Positions 8,712 through 18,772 of a DNA stretch of 64,000 nt are shown here, in pieces; the first letter of the stretch is position 1; the number at the start of each line of letters is the position of its first letter. The stretch comes from Candidatus Woesebacteria bacterium (lineage in GTDB: Bacteria; Patescibacteriota; Saccharimonadia; Saccharimonadales; EFPC-124): NCBI GenBank assembly GCA_050115675.1, contig JASFQB010000002.1:132376-196375 (forward strand), in the 5' to 3' direction. The notes beneath the pieces were generated by a model. It did no database searches. It saw only the letters and a program-made list of their open reading frames with translations, and was not told the DNA's origin. A program made the position numbers and the translations under genes.

Positions 8712-9719
8712 ATGTCAAATCCGATTCATGTAAAATCAATTGCCTACGGCGTATCCGAGTGCGACCCAATTGAGCTAGCACGCTCCGTAGACGACACTAG
8801 GCGGCTCGTTTTTCTGCCTATCATCCATAATAACAAGGAGAAAAATGGCGCCGTTACCGGTACTTTTGTATATCAGCGCAAATTAAAAACCGATAAGTGG
8901 GACAAGGTGCCGTCGGGGGACGAACAGCTTAGTAGGCTTAAAGCTGGCGAAGGATATCGATTGGAGCTAAGCACCGATGCGGTTACTAAATTAGTCTCCA
9001 GTCTTATGGAAATCGAAAGCATTGCTGAACAGGTTCGTAGTGGATCAACTAACACTACATTTGTGCCTACGGCAAATGATCTGGCTCCATTACTTACATA
9101 GTTACTAGAGAGTCTTGGCGATAAAGAGGCTTTGGCAGAAATATCTAGGTTAGGCAAAGAAAACGCTCTTCGCCTAAACGACCTAATCCTGAACGCGCGA
9201 ATCCGCTCTGCCCTTAAATATTGGCAAGAGCACAAGGATGACGCAGACGAAGAAGCTTGGCAACGATTTTTTAGTAATCGGCCCTGGATACTGTCTCTGA
9301 TATCGCCAGAACCTATCGTAATTCTCAAGGATAAAATGTACGTTGGCGGAACAAATGCGTCCGCGAAGGGCGGCAAAACGGTAGATTATGGCTTAATTAA
9401 TAAGCAGACAAATAATACGGCACTCTTAGAAATCAAGACGCCAAAAACGCAGCTTTTAGGAAGCGAATACAGGGGTGTCTTTCCGCTCTCTAATGCCTTG
9501 TCAGGATCAATCCTTCAAGTCTAGACTTACAAATATAATCTAATCAAGAACCTTCCTACGCTCAAAGAAGATTTCGGATTTTTCGAAGCAGCAAATGTTG
9601 CTACTTATGTCCTAGCTGGCAATACAACACAGTTAACGGATGAGACTCAAAAACGCTGCTTTGAACTGGGACGCAAGCCTAGAATTCGTCAAGCGTATCT
9701 TCCTCTTCGTCGTCATTAA
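8712..9719 (+). pseudogene. Shedu-like DUF4263 (SduA-type) nuclease gene, two in-frame TAGs and truncated C-terminus
   Basis: EEAWQRFFSNRPWIL...GKTVDYGLI...ALLEIKTPKTQLL...SGSILQV*TYKYNL...TYVLAGN matches the DUF4263 D...E-x-K...Q core. TAGs at 9099-9101 and 9522-9524. The usual C-terminal TYDeL segment is missing. Confidence 0.65.
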
Positions 9720-9855
9720 GCTGCAAAAGTAGCGTAAAGAAATCTACGAGTCCATCCCCAATTTCTTTGACTTCTTCAAGCGCATAGCTTCGCCCATCCT
9801 GCTTTTCTAAAATCAAACGTAGCTCCTCGTACTTTTCATCGCTAATTTCGGCCAT
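9679..9855 (-). CDS. Small very acidic protein (58 aa), below the ORF-track cutoff
   Basis: MAEISDEKYEELRLILEKQDGRSYALEEVKEIGDGLVDFFTLLLQLNDDEEEDTLDEF. Its 5' end and upstream region are duplicated at 18602-18633, where the copy is truncated (MSEISDKKC*). Confidence 0.4.
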   Translation of the reverse strand: MAEISDEKYEELRLILEKQDGRSYALEEVKEIGDGLVDFFTLLLQLNDDEEEDTLDEF

Positions 9856-9950
9856 AGCAAACCCTGCCGATCATGACATAAAAGGTTTGGACTACGTCCT
9901 TCCTCGCCAGCCATGGAAAATGACACATGCACAAGTATGTGTCATTTTTT
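9836..9950 (+). repeat. Third junction copy: ~80-bp direct repeat containing a degenerate tRNA-Gln 3' end plus hairpin terminator
   Basis: gtccttcctcgccagccatg matches tRNA gtccctcctccccagccatg at 18/20. It is followed by aaaatgacacat-gcacaagt-atgtgtcatttttt. 9836-9918 aligns with 18602-18686 at about 75%. Confidence 0.65.
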
Positions 9951-10018
9951 ATGACAGATCATAATAGCTGAGTTGAAGCTATTCTTATACTCCTGTTTCT
10001 AAGATATACTATCAACAT

Positions 10019-10852
10019 ATGAATAGCCCAAGGCTTATCTCTACTTATCTGCTTGATGGGTCAATTGAAGGTGTGCGGATTATTGAACTGTCTGAAAGCT
10101 CAATTAAGGCTTTTGTTATCCCGCGTATCAAGCTCAACGACGTTAAAACGCGCGATGAAATAAATTGGCCAGCACTGTATCTGCTCATAAATTCCGGCGA
10201 CAACCAGCTTTACATTGGTGAAAGCGAAAAATTTTATGACCGCGTTAAAAATCACGATCAGTCCAAAGACTTTTGGGACGTAGTAGTTGCTATCGTGTCT
10301 AGTAATAATTCACTAGAGAAAAGTGATGTAAAATACCTTGAAAGCCTCGCGGTTAAAAAAGCCAAAACAACCGCGGCTATGGAAGTGCTAAATAAAACCG
10401 TACCTGTGCGCAATAACATACATGAGTTTAAGATTCACTCGTTGGAAAAAACTTTGGAAGATGTCGCGCTAATTGCCGAGAGTTTAGGTTATAGTATATT
10501 TAGGTCTGAAAATATAACCGCCGCCAGCACTTGGTATGTTAAAGCCAAAAAAACCGACGCCAAGGCCGAGTTTCGTGGTGATAAATTTGTAATTATAGCC
10601 GGCTCTAAAATAGACAAGAGCGTAGCCCTAAGCTTCAAAAAAGGTTGGCCAAAACGCTATCTAGAAAGAGAAGAAATACTTACAAAGGCCAAAGATCACG
10701 GCGACCACGTAGTGCTTTTAGAGAATATACCGTTTAAAAGTCCTAATTTGGCATCAGATTTTGCAACTGGCAGATCTACGAATACCTGGATTACCTGGAA
10801 GAACAAAGACGGAAAGACTATGGATGAAGTTATACGAAAAGGAGAATCATGA
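10019..10852 (+). CDS. GIY-YIG nuclease domain / DUF4357 protein
   Basis: [28 protein letters not shown] (GIY-YIG-like core). The C-terminal [18 protein letters not shown] is typical of DUF4357. ATGA overlap with hsdM. Confidence 0.65.
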   Translation: MNSPRLISTYLLDGSIEGVRIIELSESSIKAFVIPRIKLNDVKTRDEINWPALYLLINSGDNQLYIGESEKFYDRVKNHDQSKDFWDVVVAIVSSNNSLEKSDVKYLESLAVKKAKTTAAMEVLNKTVPVRNNIHEFKIHSLEKTLEDVALIAESLGYSIFRSENITAASTWYVKAKKTDAKAEFRGDKFVIIAGSKIDKSVALSFKKGWPKRYLEREEILTKAKDHGDHVVLLENIPFKSPNLASDFATGRSTNTWITWKNKDGKTMDEVIRKGES

Positions 10853-12411
10853 GCAGTAGCCATAACAATCAGCGGTCAGAATTACATCGCGCCATTTGGC
10901 AGATCGCCAATGACGTGCGTGGCGCAGTTGACGGCTGGGATTTTAAGCAATACGTGCTTGGTGCGCTTTTTTACCGCTTCATTAGCGAAAACTTTGCTGC
11001 TTATATTGAGGCCGACGATGCAAGCATTAATTACGCCAGTATGCCCGACGACGTTATCGCCCCTGAAATCAAAGACGACGCCATCAAGACGAAAGGCTAC
11101 TTCATCTACCCCAGCCAACTGTTTGTTAATGTGGCGAAGAATGCCCACGACAACGAAAGCCTCAATACGGATCTAGCTAAGATATTTTCTAGCATAGAAT
11201 CATCGGCCAACGGCTATCCGTCGGAGCAGGACATTAAGGGCCTGTTCGCAGACTTTGATACTACCAGCAACCGGCTTGGCAATACTGTTGCAGCCAAGAA
11301 CGCTCGGCTAGAGCGAGTGCTTAAGGGTGTAGCGGGTCTTAAGTTTGGCGATTTTCACGGCAGTGAGATTGATCTTTTTGGTGACGCATACGAGTTCTTG
11401 ATCTCAAACTACGCTGCCAATGCGGGTAAGTCCGGAGGCGAGTACTTCACGCCGCAAAACGTGTCCAAGCTTATCGCCCAACTAGCCCTTCATAAACAAG
11501 AGAATGTCAACAAGATTTACGACCCTGCTTGCGGTTCTGGCTCCCTTCTTTTGCAAGCCAAGAAGCAGTTTGACGCCCACATCGTCGAAGAAGGTTTCTT
11601 TGGCCAAGAGCTTAATCACACCACTTACAACCTAGCACGCATGAACATGTTTCTGCACAACATAAACTACGACAAGTTTAATATCCAGCTGGGCGACACA
11701 CTTATTGACCCACACTTTGGTAGCGACAAGCCATTCGACGCCATCGTGTCCAATCCGCCATACTCCGTACATTGGAAAGGCTCCGATAATCCAACACTTA
11801 TCAATGACGATCGCTTTGCGCCTGCTGGTGTTTTAGCACCCAAGTCAAAGGCAGACTTTGCTTTTGTGCTGCACGCTTTAAGCTACCTTTCTGGCAAAGG
11901 TCGCGCGGCGATTGTGTGTTTCCCAGGCATATTCTACCGCGGTGGTGCCGAACAGAAAATTCGGCAATATTTGGTAGACAATAACTATGTTGAGGCGGTC
12001 ATATCGCTGGCGCCTAACCTGTTTTTTGGAACAACCATTGCAGTAAACATCCTGGTACTTGCCAAGAACAAGCTCAATACTAGTACGCTGTTCATTGATG
12101 CTAGCGGCGAAGAGTTTTTCAAAAAAGCTACCAACAACAATGTTATGTTGGATGAACATATCGCCAAGATCGTGGGGATGTTTGATAGTAAAGAAGATGT
12201 TGAATATATAGCAAGGTCCGTAACGTATGAAGATATCGTCCAAAACGATTACAACTTGTCCGTTAGCTCCTATGTCGAAGCCAGAGATAATCGCGAAGTT
12301 GTTAACATTGCCGAGCTGAATGAAGAAATAAAAACCACTGTTGGCAAGATAGACCAGCTCAGGAGCGATATAGATAAAATTGTGGCGGAGATCGAGGGCG
12401 GTAAACAATGA
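10849..12411 (+). CDS. hsdM: Type I restriction-modification system, DNA methyltransferase subunit
   Basis: N-terminal HsdM_N pattern ([10 protein letters not shown]...[13 protein letters not shown]), AdoMet motif [10 protein letters not shown], catalytic VSNPPYS. Confidence 0.9.
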   Translation: MSSSHNNQRSELHRAIWQIANDVRGAVDGWDFKQYVLGALFYRFISENFAAYIEADDASINYASMPDDVIAPEIKDDAIKTKGYFIYPSQLFVNVAKNAHDNESLNTDLAKIFSSIESSANGYPSEQDIKGLFADFDTTSNRLGNTVAAKNARLERVLKGVAGLKFGDFHGSEIDLFGDAYEFLISNYAANAGKSGGEYFTPQNVSKLIAQLALHKQENVNKIYDPACGSGSLLLQAKKQFDAHIVEEGFFGQELNHTTYNLARMNMFLHNINYDKFNIQLGDTLIDPHFGSDKPFDAIVSNPPYSVHWKGSDNPTLINDDRFAPAGVLAPKSKADFAFVLHALSYLSGKGRAAIVCFPGIFYRGGAEQKIRQYLVDNNYVEAVISLAPNLFFGTTIAVNILVLAKNKLNTSTLFIDASGEEFFKKATNNNVMLDEHIAKIVGMFDSKEDVEYIARSVTYEDIVQNDYNLSVSSYVEARDNREVVNIAELNEEIKTTVGKIDQLRSDIDKIVAEIEGGKQ

Positions 12412-13244
12412 AAAGCAAAATCCAACTATTCCAAGACCAGCAAGTACGAACCGCATGGAACGTAGACAAAGAAGAATGGCTTTTGTCTGTAGTTGATGTT
12501 ATAAGAATACTAACCGACCAGCCAGACCACCAATCCGCACGAAACTATTGGAAGGTGCTAAAAAATAGAATACAAAAAGAAAGTGGCCAACCGGTTACAA
12601 AACGTAACCAGTTGAAAATGCGAGCCGAAGATGGCAAAATGCGCCTAACCGATGTGGCGAATCAACAAGAGTTATTGCGCATCATTCAATCAGTACCAAG
12701 TAAAAAAGCAGAGCCGTTCAAGCAATGGCTAGCGCAGGTCGGTGCAGATAGATTGGATGAAATTCAAAATCCAGAACTGGCCATAGATCGCGCCATGATA
12801 TACTATCGCAACTTAGGCTACGACGAGGGCTGGATAAATGCTTGCTTGCAGTCCATACAATTCCGCAAAGAACTTACCGACGAATGGAAACGCACTGGCG
12901 TCAAAGAAGGCCAAGAGTACGCAATGCTTACTAATATTATGGTACAGGGTTGGTCCGGTAAAACAATCAAAGATTATAAGCAGTTCAAGGGGCTCAAAAA
13001 AGAAAACTTACGCGACAATATGACGAGCCTTGAGCTTGCGCTCAATATCTTGGCAGAAACTACGGCAACAGAGCTATCAAAAACTAGTGATCCGCAGGGC
13101 GTCGCTGCCCAAAAAGACATATCTCAACGCAGCGGGAAAATAGCTGGTGATGCGCGTAAGAATATCGAAAGCCAAACTGGACAGAGTGTCATAAGCCCAC
13201 AAAATGCCAAAGATTTACGATTAGGCGAAGGCAATAGAAAATGA
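12408..13244 (+). CDS. Bro-N domain protein (phage antirepressor-like) inserted in the R-M operon
   Basis: [29 protein letters not shown] fits Bro-N. ATGA overlaps at both ends. Flanked by a duplicated hsdM 3' end. Confidence 0.6.
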   Translation: MKSKIQLFQDQQVRTAWNVDKEEWLLSVVDVIRILTDQPDHQSARNYWKVLKNRIQKESGQPVTKRNQLKMRAEDGKMRLTDVANQQELLRIIQSVPSKKAEPFKQWLAQVGADRLDEIQNPELAIDRAMIYYRNLGYDEGWINACLQSIQFRKELTDEWKRTGVKEGQEYAMLTNIMVQGWSGKTIKDYKQFKGLKKENLRDNMTSLELALNILAETTATELSKTSDPQGVAAQKDISQRSGKIAGDARKNIESQTGQSVISPQNAKDLRLGEGNRK

Positions 13245-13298
13245 GCAAGATAAACAGTCCAAGGAGCGATATAGACAAAATTGTGGCGGAGATCGAGG
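13245..13298 (+). repeat. Duplicated copy of the hsdM 3' terminus (insertion scar)
   Basis: 13262-13298 aggagcgatatagacaaaattgtggcggagatcgagg vs 12361-12397 (36/37). Looser similarity extends back to 12344/13245. Confidence 0.8.
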
Positions 13299-13299
13299 C

Positions 13300-14307
13300 A
13301 TGAGCCAAGAAATCCAATTCCTGATATACAGCACGCCACAAGAAGACATTAAAGTTGATGTGGTAATGCGCGATGAAACCATCTGGCTTACGCAAAAAGC
13401 CATGGCGGCATTGTTTGATGTGCAAGTTCCCGCCATTGCCAAGCATCTAAAAAGTATCTTTGAAGACGGAGAGTTGCAGACAGAATCAACTATTTCCAAA
13501 ATGGAAATAGTTCAAAACGAAGGCCAACGTGAGGTCAAAAGATTTATAGAATTTTACAACCTCGATGCCATAATATCCGTTGGCTATCGGGTGAACTCGG
13601 CCAAAGCGACTCAGTTTAGAATTTGGGCAACCAAAACGCTTAAAGAATTTATCCAAAAAGGTTTTGTGCTGGATGACGAACGCTTAAAACAAGGCGAGCA
13701 AGTATTTGGCAAAGATTACTTCCGTGAACTGTTAGACCGCGTTCGCTCCATCCGTGCCAGCGAACGACGCATTTGGCAACAAATTACCGACATCTTTGCC
13801 GAATGCAGTATCAACTACAATCGCAATTCGCCCGTTACAAAAGAGTTTTATGCGATGGTGCAAAACAAGTTTCATTTTGCCATTGCGAGTCAAACAGCTG
13901 CCGAGATCGTTTATGCCAAATCAGATCGGCACAAAGACCATATGGGGCTTGCGACGTGGAAAAACGCACCAGATGGGCGGGTGTTAAAATCTGACGTGAC
14001 AATTGCCAAAAACTATTTGCCCGAAAAAGAGATTAAACGACTCGAACGTGCCGTAACAGGATATTTTGATTACATCGAAGATTTGATCGAACGCGAAAAT
14101 ACATTCACCATGGAACAGTTCGCGCAGAGCGTAAATGAATTCCTGGCTTTTAGAAAATATCAGATTCTAGATGGCAAAGGTACGATTTCTAAGCAACGAG
14201 CTAGCAAAAAAGCCGAGGCCGAATACGACGCATTTAACAAAACCCAAAAAATCATTTCTGACTTTGATAAAACCGTTAAGGCACTTGAGAAAGAAGGTGG
14301 CGTATGA
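13300..14307 (+). CDS. RhuM family protein
   Basis: IVQNEGQREVKRFIEFYNLDAIISVGYRVNSAKATQFRIWATKTLKEFIQKGFVLDDERLK is the characteristic RhuM core. Confidence 0.8.
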   Translation: MSQEIQFLIYSTPQEDIKVDVVMRDETIWLTQKAMAALFDVQVPAIAKHLKSIFEDGELQTESTISKMEIVQNEGQREVKRFIEFYNLDAIISVGYRVNSAKATQFRIWATKTLKEFIQKGFVLDDERLKQGEQVFGKDYFRELLDRVRSIRASERRIWQQITDIFAECSINYNRNSPVTKEFYAMVQNKFHFAIASQTAAEIVYAKSDRHKDHMGLATWKNAPDGRVLKSDVTIAKNYLPEKEIKRLERAVTGYFDYIEDLIERENTFTMEQFAQSVNEFLAFRKYQILDGKGTISKQRASKKAEAEYDAFNKTQKIISDFDKTVKALEKEGGV

Positions 14308-15479
14308 GCCAGCCTGGCTTTTTAGAAAAGTTGCTTGATGATGCCGACGTAGAGCGGCTACCTTTAGGTGATGTAGTCAAACTTCAGAGAGGCAAAAGGC
14401 TTGTGCGAAGTCAACTGGATGAAGTCGGTAAATATGCTGTATACCAAAATAGCATGAAGCCGCTGGGTTATTATCACGAAAGTAATGTTGAGGCCGATAC
14501 AACATTTATTATATGCGCTGGCGCAGCAGGTGAGATTGGCTATAGTGATGTCAATTTTTGGGCAGCGGATGATGTTTACATCTGCTTAACGCCAAATAAT
14601 CTATTGAGTAGGTATTTATACCATTTTTTGTTGGACCAAAAGAGTACTATTCTATCTCAGGTTCGCAAGGCAAGTATTCCGCGTCTATCCAAAACAGCGA
14701 TTGAAAAGCTGCAAATCCCAATCCCATGCCCAGATGATCCGGAAAAATCGTTGGCTATTCAAGCAGAGATTGTACGTGTGCTAGACTTGTTTACAGAGCT
14801 AGAAGCAGAGCTAGAAGCAGAGCTAGAAGCAGAGCTAGAAGCACGTAAAAAGCAATACAACCACTACCGCGATCAACTTCTCACTTTTGGGCCAAGTGTT
14901 GAACGGATCAGCCTAGCTGATGTTGGCAAAATATCTATGTGCAGACGTATATTTAAAAACGAAACTTCACCCGATGATGGGATTCCTTTTTTCACAATTG
15001 GCACATTCGGGAAAAAGGCAGCTTTCTACATATCCAGAGAACGATTTGGGACCTACAAGAGTAAGTACTCATATCCTAAAGTTGGAGATATTCTTTTGTC
15101 TGCTTCAGGAACGATAGGAAGGCGAGTCATATTTGATGGCTCAGATTCATACTTTCAAGATTCAAATATTATCTGGATTGATAATGATGAAAGTAAAGTT
15201 CTAAATAAATTCCTCTTCTACCTTTACGAAATTATCACATGGGAGACTGAGGGCGGAACAATTAAACGGCTTTACAACCGCAATATTAAAAAAATTGAAA
15301 TACCAGTTCCGCACCTCAAAGAACAGGCGCGAATCGTAGGCATTCTTGATAAGTTCGACACACTGGCCAATTCAATTAGTGCGGGTCTACCGAGAGAAAT
15401 TGAACTGCGCCAAAAACAATATCGATATTACCGAGATTTATTATTTAGTTTTTTAACAAAAAAGGAACAAAATGACTGA
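14304..15479 (+). CDS. hsdS: Type I restriction-modification system, specificity subunit
   Basis: Two variable target-recognition regions are separated by the central conserved helix ([13 protein letters not shown]...[15 protein letters not shown]). Distal conserved region [15 protein letters not shown]...[16 protein letters not shown]. Confidence 0.85.
   Translation: MSQPGFLEKLLDDADVERLPLGDVVKLQRGKRLVRSQLDEVGKYAVYQNSMKPLGYYHESNVEADTTFIICAGAAGEIGYSDVNFWAADDVYICLTPNNLLSRYLYHFLLDQKSTILSQVRKASIPRLSKTAIEKLQIPIPCPDDPEKSLAIQAEIVRVLDLFTELEAELEAELEAELEARKKQYNHYRDQLLTFGPSVERISLADVGKISMCRRIFKNETSPDDGIPFFTIGTFGKKAAFYISRERFGTYKSKYSYPKVGDILLSASGTIGRRVIFDGSDSYFQDSNIIWIDNDESKVLNKFLFYLYEIITWETEGGTIKRLYNRNIKKIEIPVPHLKEQARIVGILDKFDTLANSISAGLPREIELRQKQYRYYRDLLFSFLTKKEQND
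14796..14843 (+). repeat. Perfect 12-bp x4 tandem repeat (gagctagaagca = ELEA) in the hsdS central helix
   Basis: Read directly: four identical in-frame units at 14796-14843. Confidence 0.95.
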
Positions 15480-18400
15480 AGAAACAAACCCCATTGCTGA
15501 ATCTAAACGGTTCGTCATATTAGACAAGTACGTCAAACAATGGGTGCCGGTCGAGAGCTATCAAAGCGAGGCGGATCTAGAGCGCGAGCTCGTTAAGGAC
15601 TTAATGAGCCAAGGCTATGATTTGGCTGCTGAAATAACCTCTCCTGAGGTGATGCTTGGCAATGTGCGTTTGCAGTTGCAGTCGCTGAACGATGTGCAGT
15701 TTACGGATGCGGAGTGGGCTCGCTTTGTAGAAACGTATCTGGATAAGCCAAGCGACACTATTACCGATAAAACCAGAAAGATTCACGACGATCACATTTA
15801 TGATTTTGTGTTTGACGACGGCCGCATACAAAACATACAACTCCTGGACAAGGCAAATATATCACGCAATAAAGTGCAAGTTATAAAGCAGTTTGAGCAA
15901 ACAGGATCACATGCTAATCGCTACGACGTGACCATTCTCGTTAATGGGCTGCCATTGGTGCAGATCGAGCTAAAAAAGCGTGGCGTTGCTATACGCGAGG
16001 CCTTCAACCAGGTACACCGCTACAGCAAGGAAAGCTTCAACAGCGACCAGTCGTTGTACAAATACTTGCAGCTATTCGTCATCTCCAATGGAACTGACAC
16101 TCGCTACTTTGCCAACACTACCAGGCGCGACAAGAACAGTTTTGATTTTACTATGAACTGGGCAACTGTCGACAACAGCCCTATTAAAGATCTCAAAGAT
16201 TTTACCGCCACGTTCTTTCAGCCGCGCACACTCCTAAAAGTATTGCTGCATTACTCGGTATTTGATGCGAGAGACACCCTGCTTATAATGCGCCCTTATC
16301 AGATTGCCGCAACCGAGCGTATCATCTGGAAGGTCAATAGTTCGCATCAGGCAAAAACCTGGAGCAAGCCAGAGAGCGGCGGTTTTGTCTGGCACACAAC
16401 TGGATCTGGCAAAACATTGACCAGCTTTAAGGCGGCACGCATGGCAACCGAACTTGATTGTATAGACAAGGTGTTTTTTGTGGTTGACAGAAAAGATTTG
16501 GACTACCAAACCATGAAAGAATACCAGCGTTTCTCGCCCGACAGTGTGAACGGATCTGACAGTACTGCAGGACTTAAACGTAATCTAGACAAAGACGACA
16601 ACAAGATCATCGTTACCACCATCCAAAAGCTCAATAATCTGATGAAGGGCGAGGCTGACTTGCCCGTATATGACCAACAAGTAGTGTTCATTTTTGATGA
16701 ATGTCACCGTAGCCAGTTTGGTGAGGCGCAGAAGAATCTACGAAAGAAATTTAGGTCATACTACCAGTTTGGTTTTACTGGCACGCCAATAATGCCAGAA
16801 AACGCTTTGGGCGCGGAGACGACTGCTAGTGTGTTTGGTCGAGAGCTACACTCTTATGTGATAACCGATGCAATCCGTGACGAGAAGGTGCTGAAGTTTA
16901 AAGTTGACTACAACGACGTACGCCCTAAATTTAAGAGTGTGGAGTCCGAGCAAGACTTGAAGAAACTCACTGCTGCCGAGAACAAGAAAGCACTCTTACA
17001 CCCTGAAAGGATCCAGGAGATATCGCAGTATATTCTAAGTAATTTCCGCCAAAAAACCCACCGAACATATGGGGCAAACAAGGGGCTCAACGCAATGTTT
17101 GCAGTGAGCAGTGTAGAGGCCGCCAAGCTGTATTATGAGATGCTAAACAAGTTGCAAGCCAACAGCGATAGGACTCTCAAGATCGCCACAATATTCTCAT
17201 TTGCGGCCAATGAAGAGCAGGACGCCATTGGCGACATCCAAGATGAAAGCTTCGACGTGTCTGCGATGAACAGCAGTGCCAAAGAGTTTTTGAACTCCGC
17301 AATCAATGACTACAACGCATACTTCAAGACCAACTTCAGTGTGGATAGCAAAGGATTCCAGAACTATTACCGTGACCTTGCTAAGCGCGTTCAATCTCGG
17401 GATATTGATCTGTTGATTGTAGTGGGCATGTTCCTTACGGGTTTTGATGCACCAACGTTAAACACGCTTTTTGTGGACAAAAATCTGCGGTATCACGGTC
17501 TGATGCAAGCGTTCTCGCGCACCAACCGGATTTATGACGCAACGAAAACATTCGGCAATATTGTCACCTTCAGAGATCTCGAAAAGGCCACGATCGATGC
17601 GATCACTCTGTTCGGCGATAAAAATACCAAGAATGTGGTGCTGGAAAAAAGCTACAAAGAGTACATGGACGGTTACAATGACGTTGTAACTGGTGAAGCG
17701 CGTCGTGGTTTTATTGATGTAGTGGCTGAACTTGAAGACCGGTTCCCCGACCCAGCCAATATTGTGTTGGAGGCCGACAAGAAGGCTTTTGCTAAATTGT
17801 TTGGCGAATACCTGCGCGCAGAGAATATCCTCCAGAACTACGACGAATTTGCCAGCTTAAAAGAGTTACAAGACACGGACATAACCAACGATTTGGCACT
17901 AGAGACCTTCAAAGAAAAACACCACTTGACTGATGAAGATCTTGAGATTATGCAAAAAGTGCACATGCCTTCTGAGCGCAAAGTGCAGGACTATCGGTCA
18001 ACGTACAATGATATCCGCGATTGGTTGCGCGAAAAGAAGAATTCTAATGATCAGAGCGAGTCCGCGATTGATTGGGATGATGTAGAGTTTGAGGTTGACC
18101 TCCTGAAATCACAGGAAATCAATCTGGACTACATACTTGAGCAGGTATTTGAAAAGAACAAGAAGATCAAGGACAAGTCAGCTCTTGTTGATGATGTACG
18201 CCGAATAATCAGGTCTAGCATTGGCAACCGGGCAAAAGAAGGCCTGATAGTTGACTTTATAAATCAGACGGATCTTGACCAAATACCAGATAAGGTTGGT
18301 ATTATTGAATCTTTCTTCAAATACGCACAAGTAGAGCAACAACGGGAGGCTGAAGAGCTGATCGCTGCCGAAAACCTAAACGACGAAGCCGCCAGGCGGT

Positions 18401-18573
18401 ATATAAACACCTCGATTAAGCGCGAGTATGCAAGCGATAACGGCACCGAGCTAAACACCCTTCTGCCCAAGATGAGCCCCCTCAATCCAGAATACCTAAC
18501 GAAAAAACAAAGTGTTTTTCAAAAAATAGCGGCATTTGTCGAGAAGTTTAAGGGGATTGGCGGGAGACTTTAA
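15472..18573 (+). CDS. hsdR: Type I restriction enzyme, R (helicase-endonuclease) subunit
   Basis: N-terminal nuclease region ([20 protein letters not shown] = D...E-x-K), Walker [15 protein letters not shown]-type [15 protein letters not shown], later helicase motifs ([19 protein letters not shown]). Confidence 0.9.
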   Translation: MTEETNPIAESKRFVILDKYVKQWVPVESYQSEADLERELVKDLMSQGYDLAAEITSPEVMLGNVRLQLQSLNDVQFTDAEWARFVETYLDKPSDTITDKTRKIHDDHIYDFVFDDGRIQNIQLLDKANISRNKVQVIKQFEQTGSHANRYDVTILVNGLPLVQIELKKRGVAIREAFNQVHRYSKESFNSDQSLYKYLQLFVISNGTDTRYFANTTRRDKNSFDFTMNWATVDNSPIKDLKDFTATFFQPRTLLKVLLHYSVFDARDTLLIMRPYQIAATERIIWKVNSSHQAKTWSKPESGGFVWHTTGSGKTLTSFKAARMATELDCIDKVFFVVDRKDLDYQTMKEYQRFSPDSVNGSDSTAGLKRNLDKDDNKIIVTTIQKLNNLMKGEADLPVYDQQVVFIFDECHRSQFGEAQKNLRKKFRSYYQFGFTGTPIMPENALGAETTASVFGRELHSYVITDAIRDEKVLKFKVDYNDVRPKFKSVESEQDLKKLTAAENKKALLHPERIQEISQYILSNFRQKTHRTYGANKGLNAMFAVSSVEAAKLYYEMLNKLQANSDRTLKIATIFSFAANEEQDAIGDIQDESFDVSAMNSSAKEFLNSAINDYNAYFKTNFSVDSKGFQNYYRDLAKRVQSRDIDLLIVVGMFLTGFDAPTLNTLFVDKNLRYHGLMQAFSRTNRIYDATKTFGNIVTFRDLEKATIDAITLFGDKNTKNVVLEKSYKEYMDGYNDVVTGEARRGFIDVVAELEDRFPDPANIVLEADKKAFAKLFGEYLRAENILQNYDEFASLKELQDTDITNDLALETFKEKHHLTDEDLEIMQKVHMPSERKVQDYRSTYNDIRDWLREKKNSNDQSESAIDWDDVEFEVDLLKSQEINLDYILEQVFEKNKKIKDKSALVDDVRRIIRSSIGNRAKEGLIVDFINQTDLDQIPDKVGIIESFFKYAQVEQQREAEELIAAENLNDEAARRYINTSIKREYASDNGTELNTLLPKMSPLNPEYLTKKQSVFQKIAAFVEKFKGIGGRL

Positions 18574-18601
18574 GAACACAGTAACCGGTCAAAGGCTCAA
18601 C

Positions 18602-18686
18602 ACTTTTTGTCGCTAATTTCGGACATAACAAACCCCGTAAAACGTGGCATAAAAAGTTTTGACACTGCCCTTCCTCTTTAGTCATG
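18602..18686 (+). repeat. Fourth junction copy (distal direct repeat of the R-M island)
   Basis: gtcgctaatttcggacataacaaacccc...ataaaaagttttgacactgcccttcctctttagtcatgag aligns with 9836-9918. Confidence 0.6.
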
Positions 18687-18772
18687 AGATTATTGCAAAA
18701 GTAACTCCTTCAAAGGGGCTGTTTTTGTCTAGCGTAAAGAAAATCCAGATTTATGTCTGCTATACTGGAAGC

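Larger units (their letters stand above)
7600..9950. mobile_element. Putative decayed insertion 2 (NYN and Shedu-like cargo)
   Basis: Lies between junction copy 2 (7551-7599) and junction copy 3 (9885-9950). Confidence 0.4.
9951..18686. mobile_element. Putative insertion 3: type I R-M island bounded by ~80-bp direct repeats
   Basis: Direct repeats 9836-9918 / 18602-18686 flank a single seven-ORF operon. No recombinase is present. Confidence 0.5.

Noticed and set aside
8292-9524. Genome-wide reassignment of TAG to a sense codon
   Set aside because: TAG terminates several well-supported genes at the expected protein ends (3622-3624 peptidase followed by a terminator, 7319-7321, 8103-8105). 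Any TAG-as-sense idea can only apply to a donor of this island.
14796-14843. Tandem repeats (also 30005-30030 and 53241-53260) as CRISPR arrays
   Set aside because: The units are 6-12 bp with no spacers, and one is in frame inside hsdS. No cas genes occur in the window.
3836-18686. Integrase, excisionase or transposase associated with the tRNA-linked insertions
   Set aside because: I searched all ORFs of 60 aa or more in the interval by motif (tyrosine recombinase R..HxxR..Y, serine recombinase, DDE) and found none. The islands are therefore called decayed or non-autonomous.
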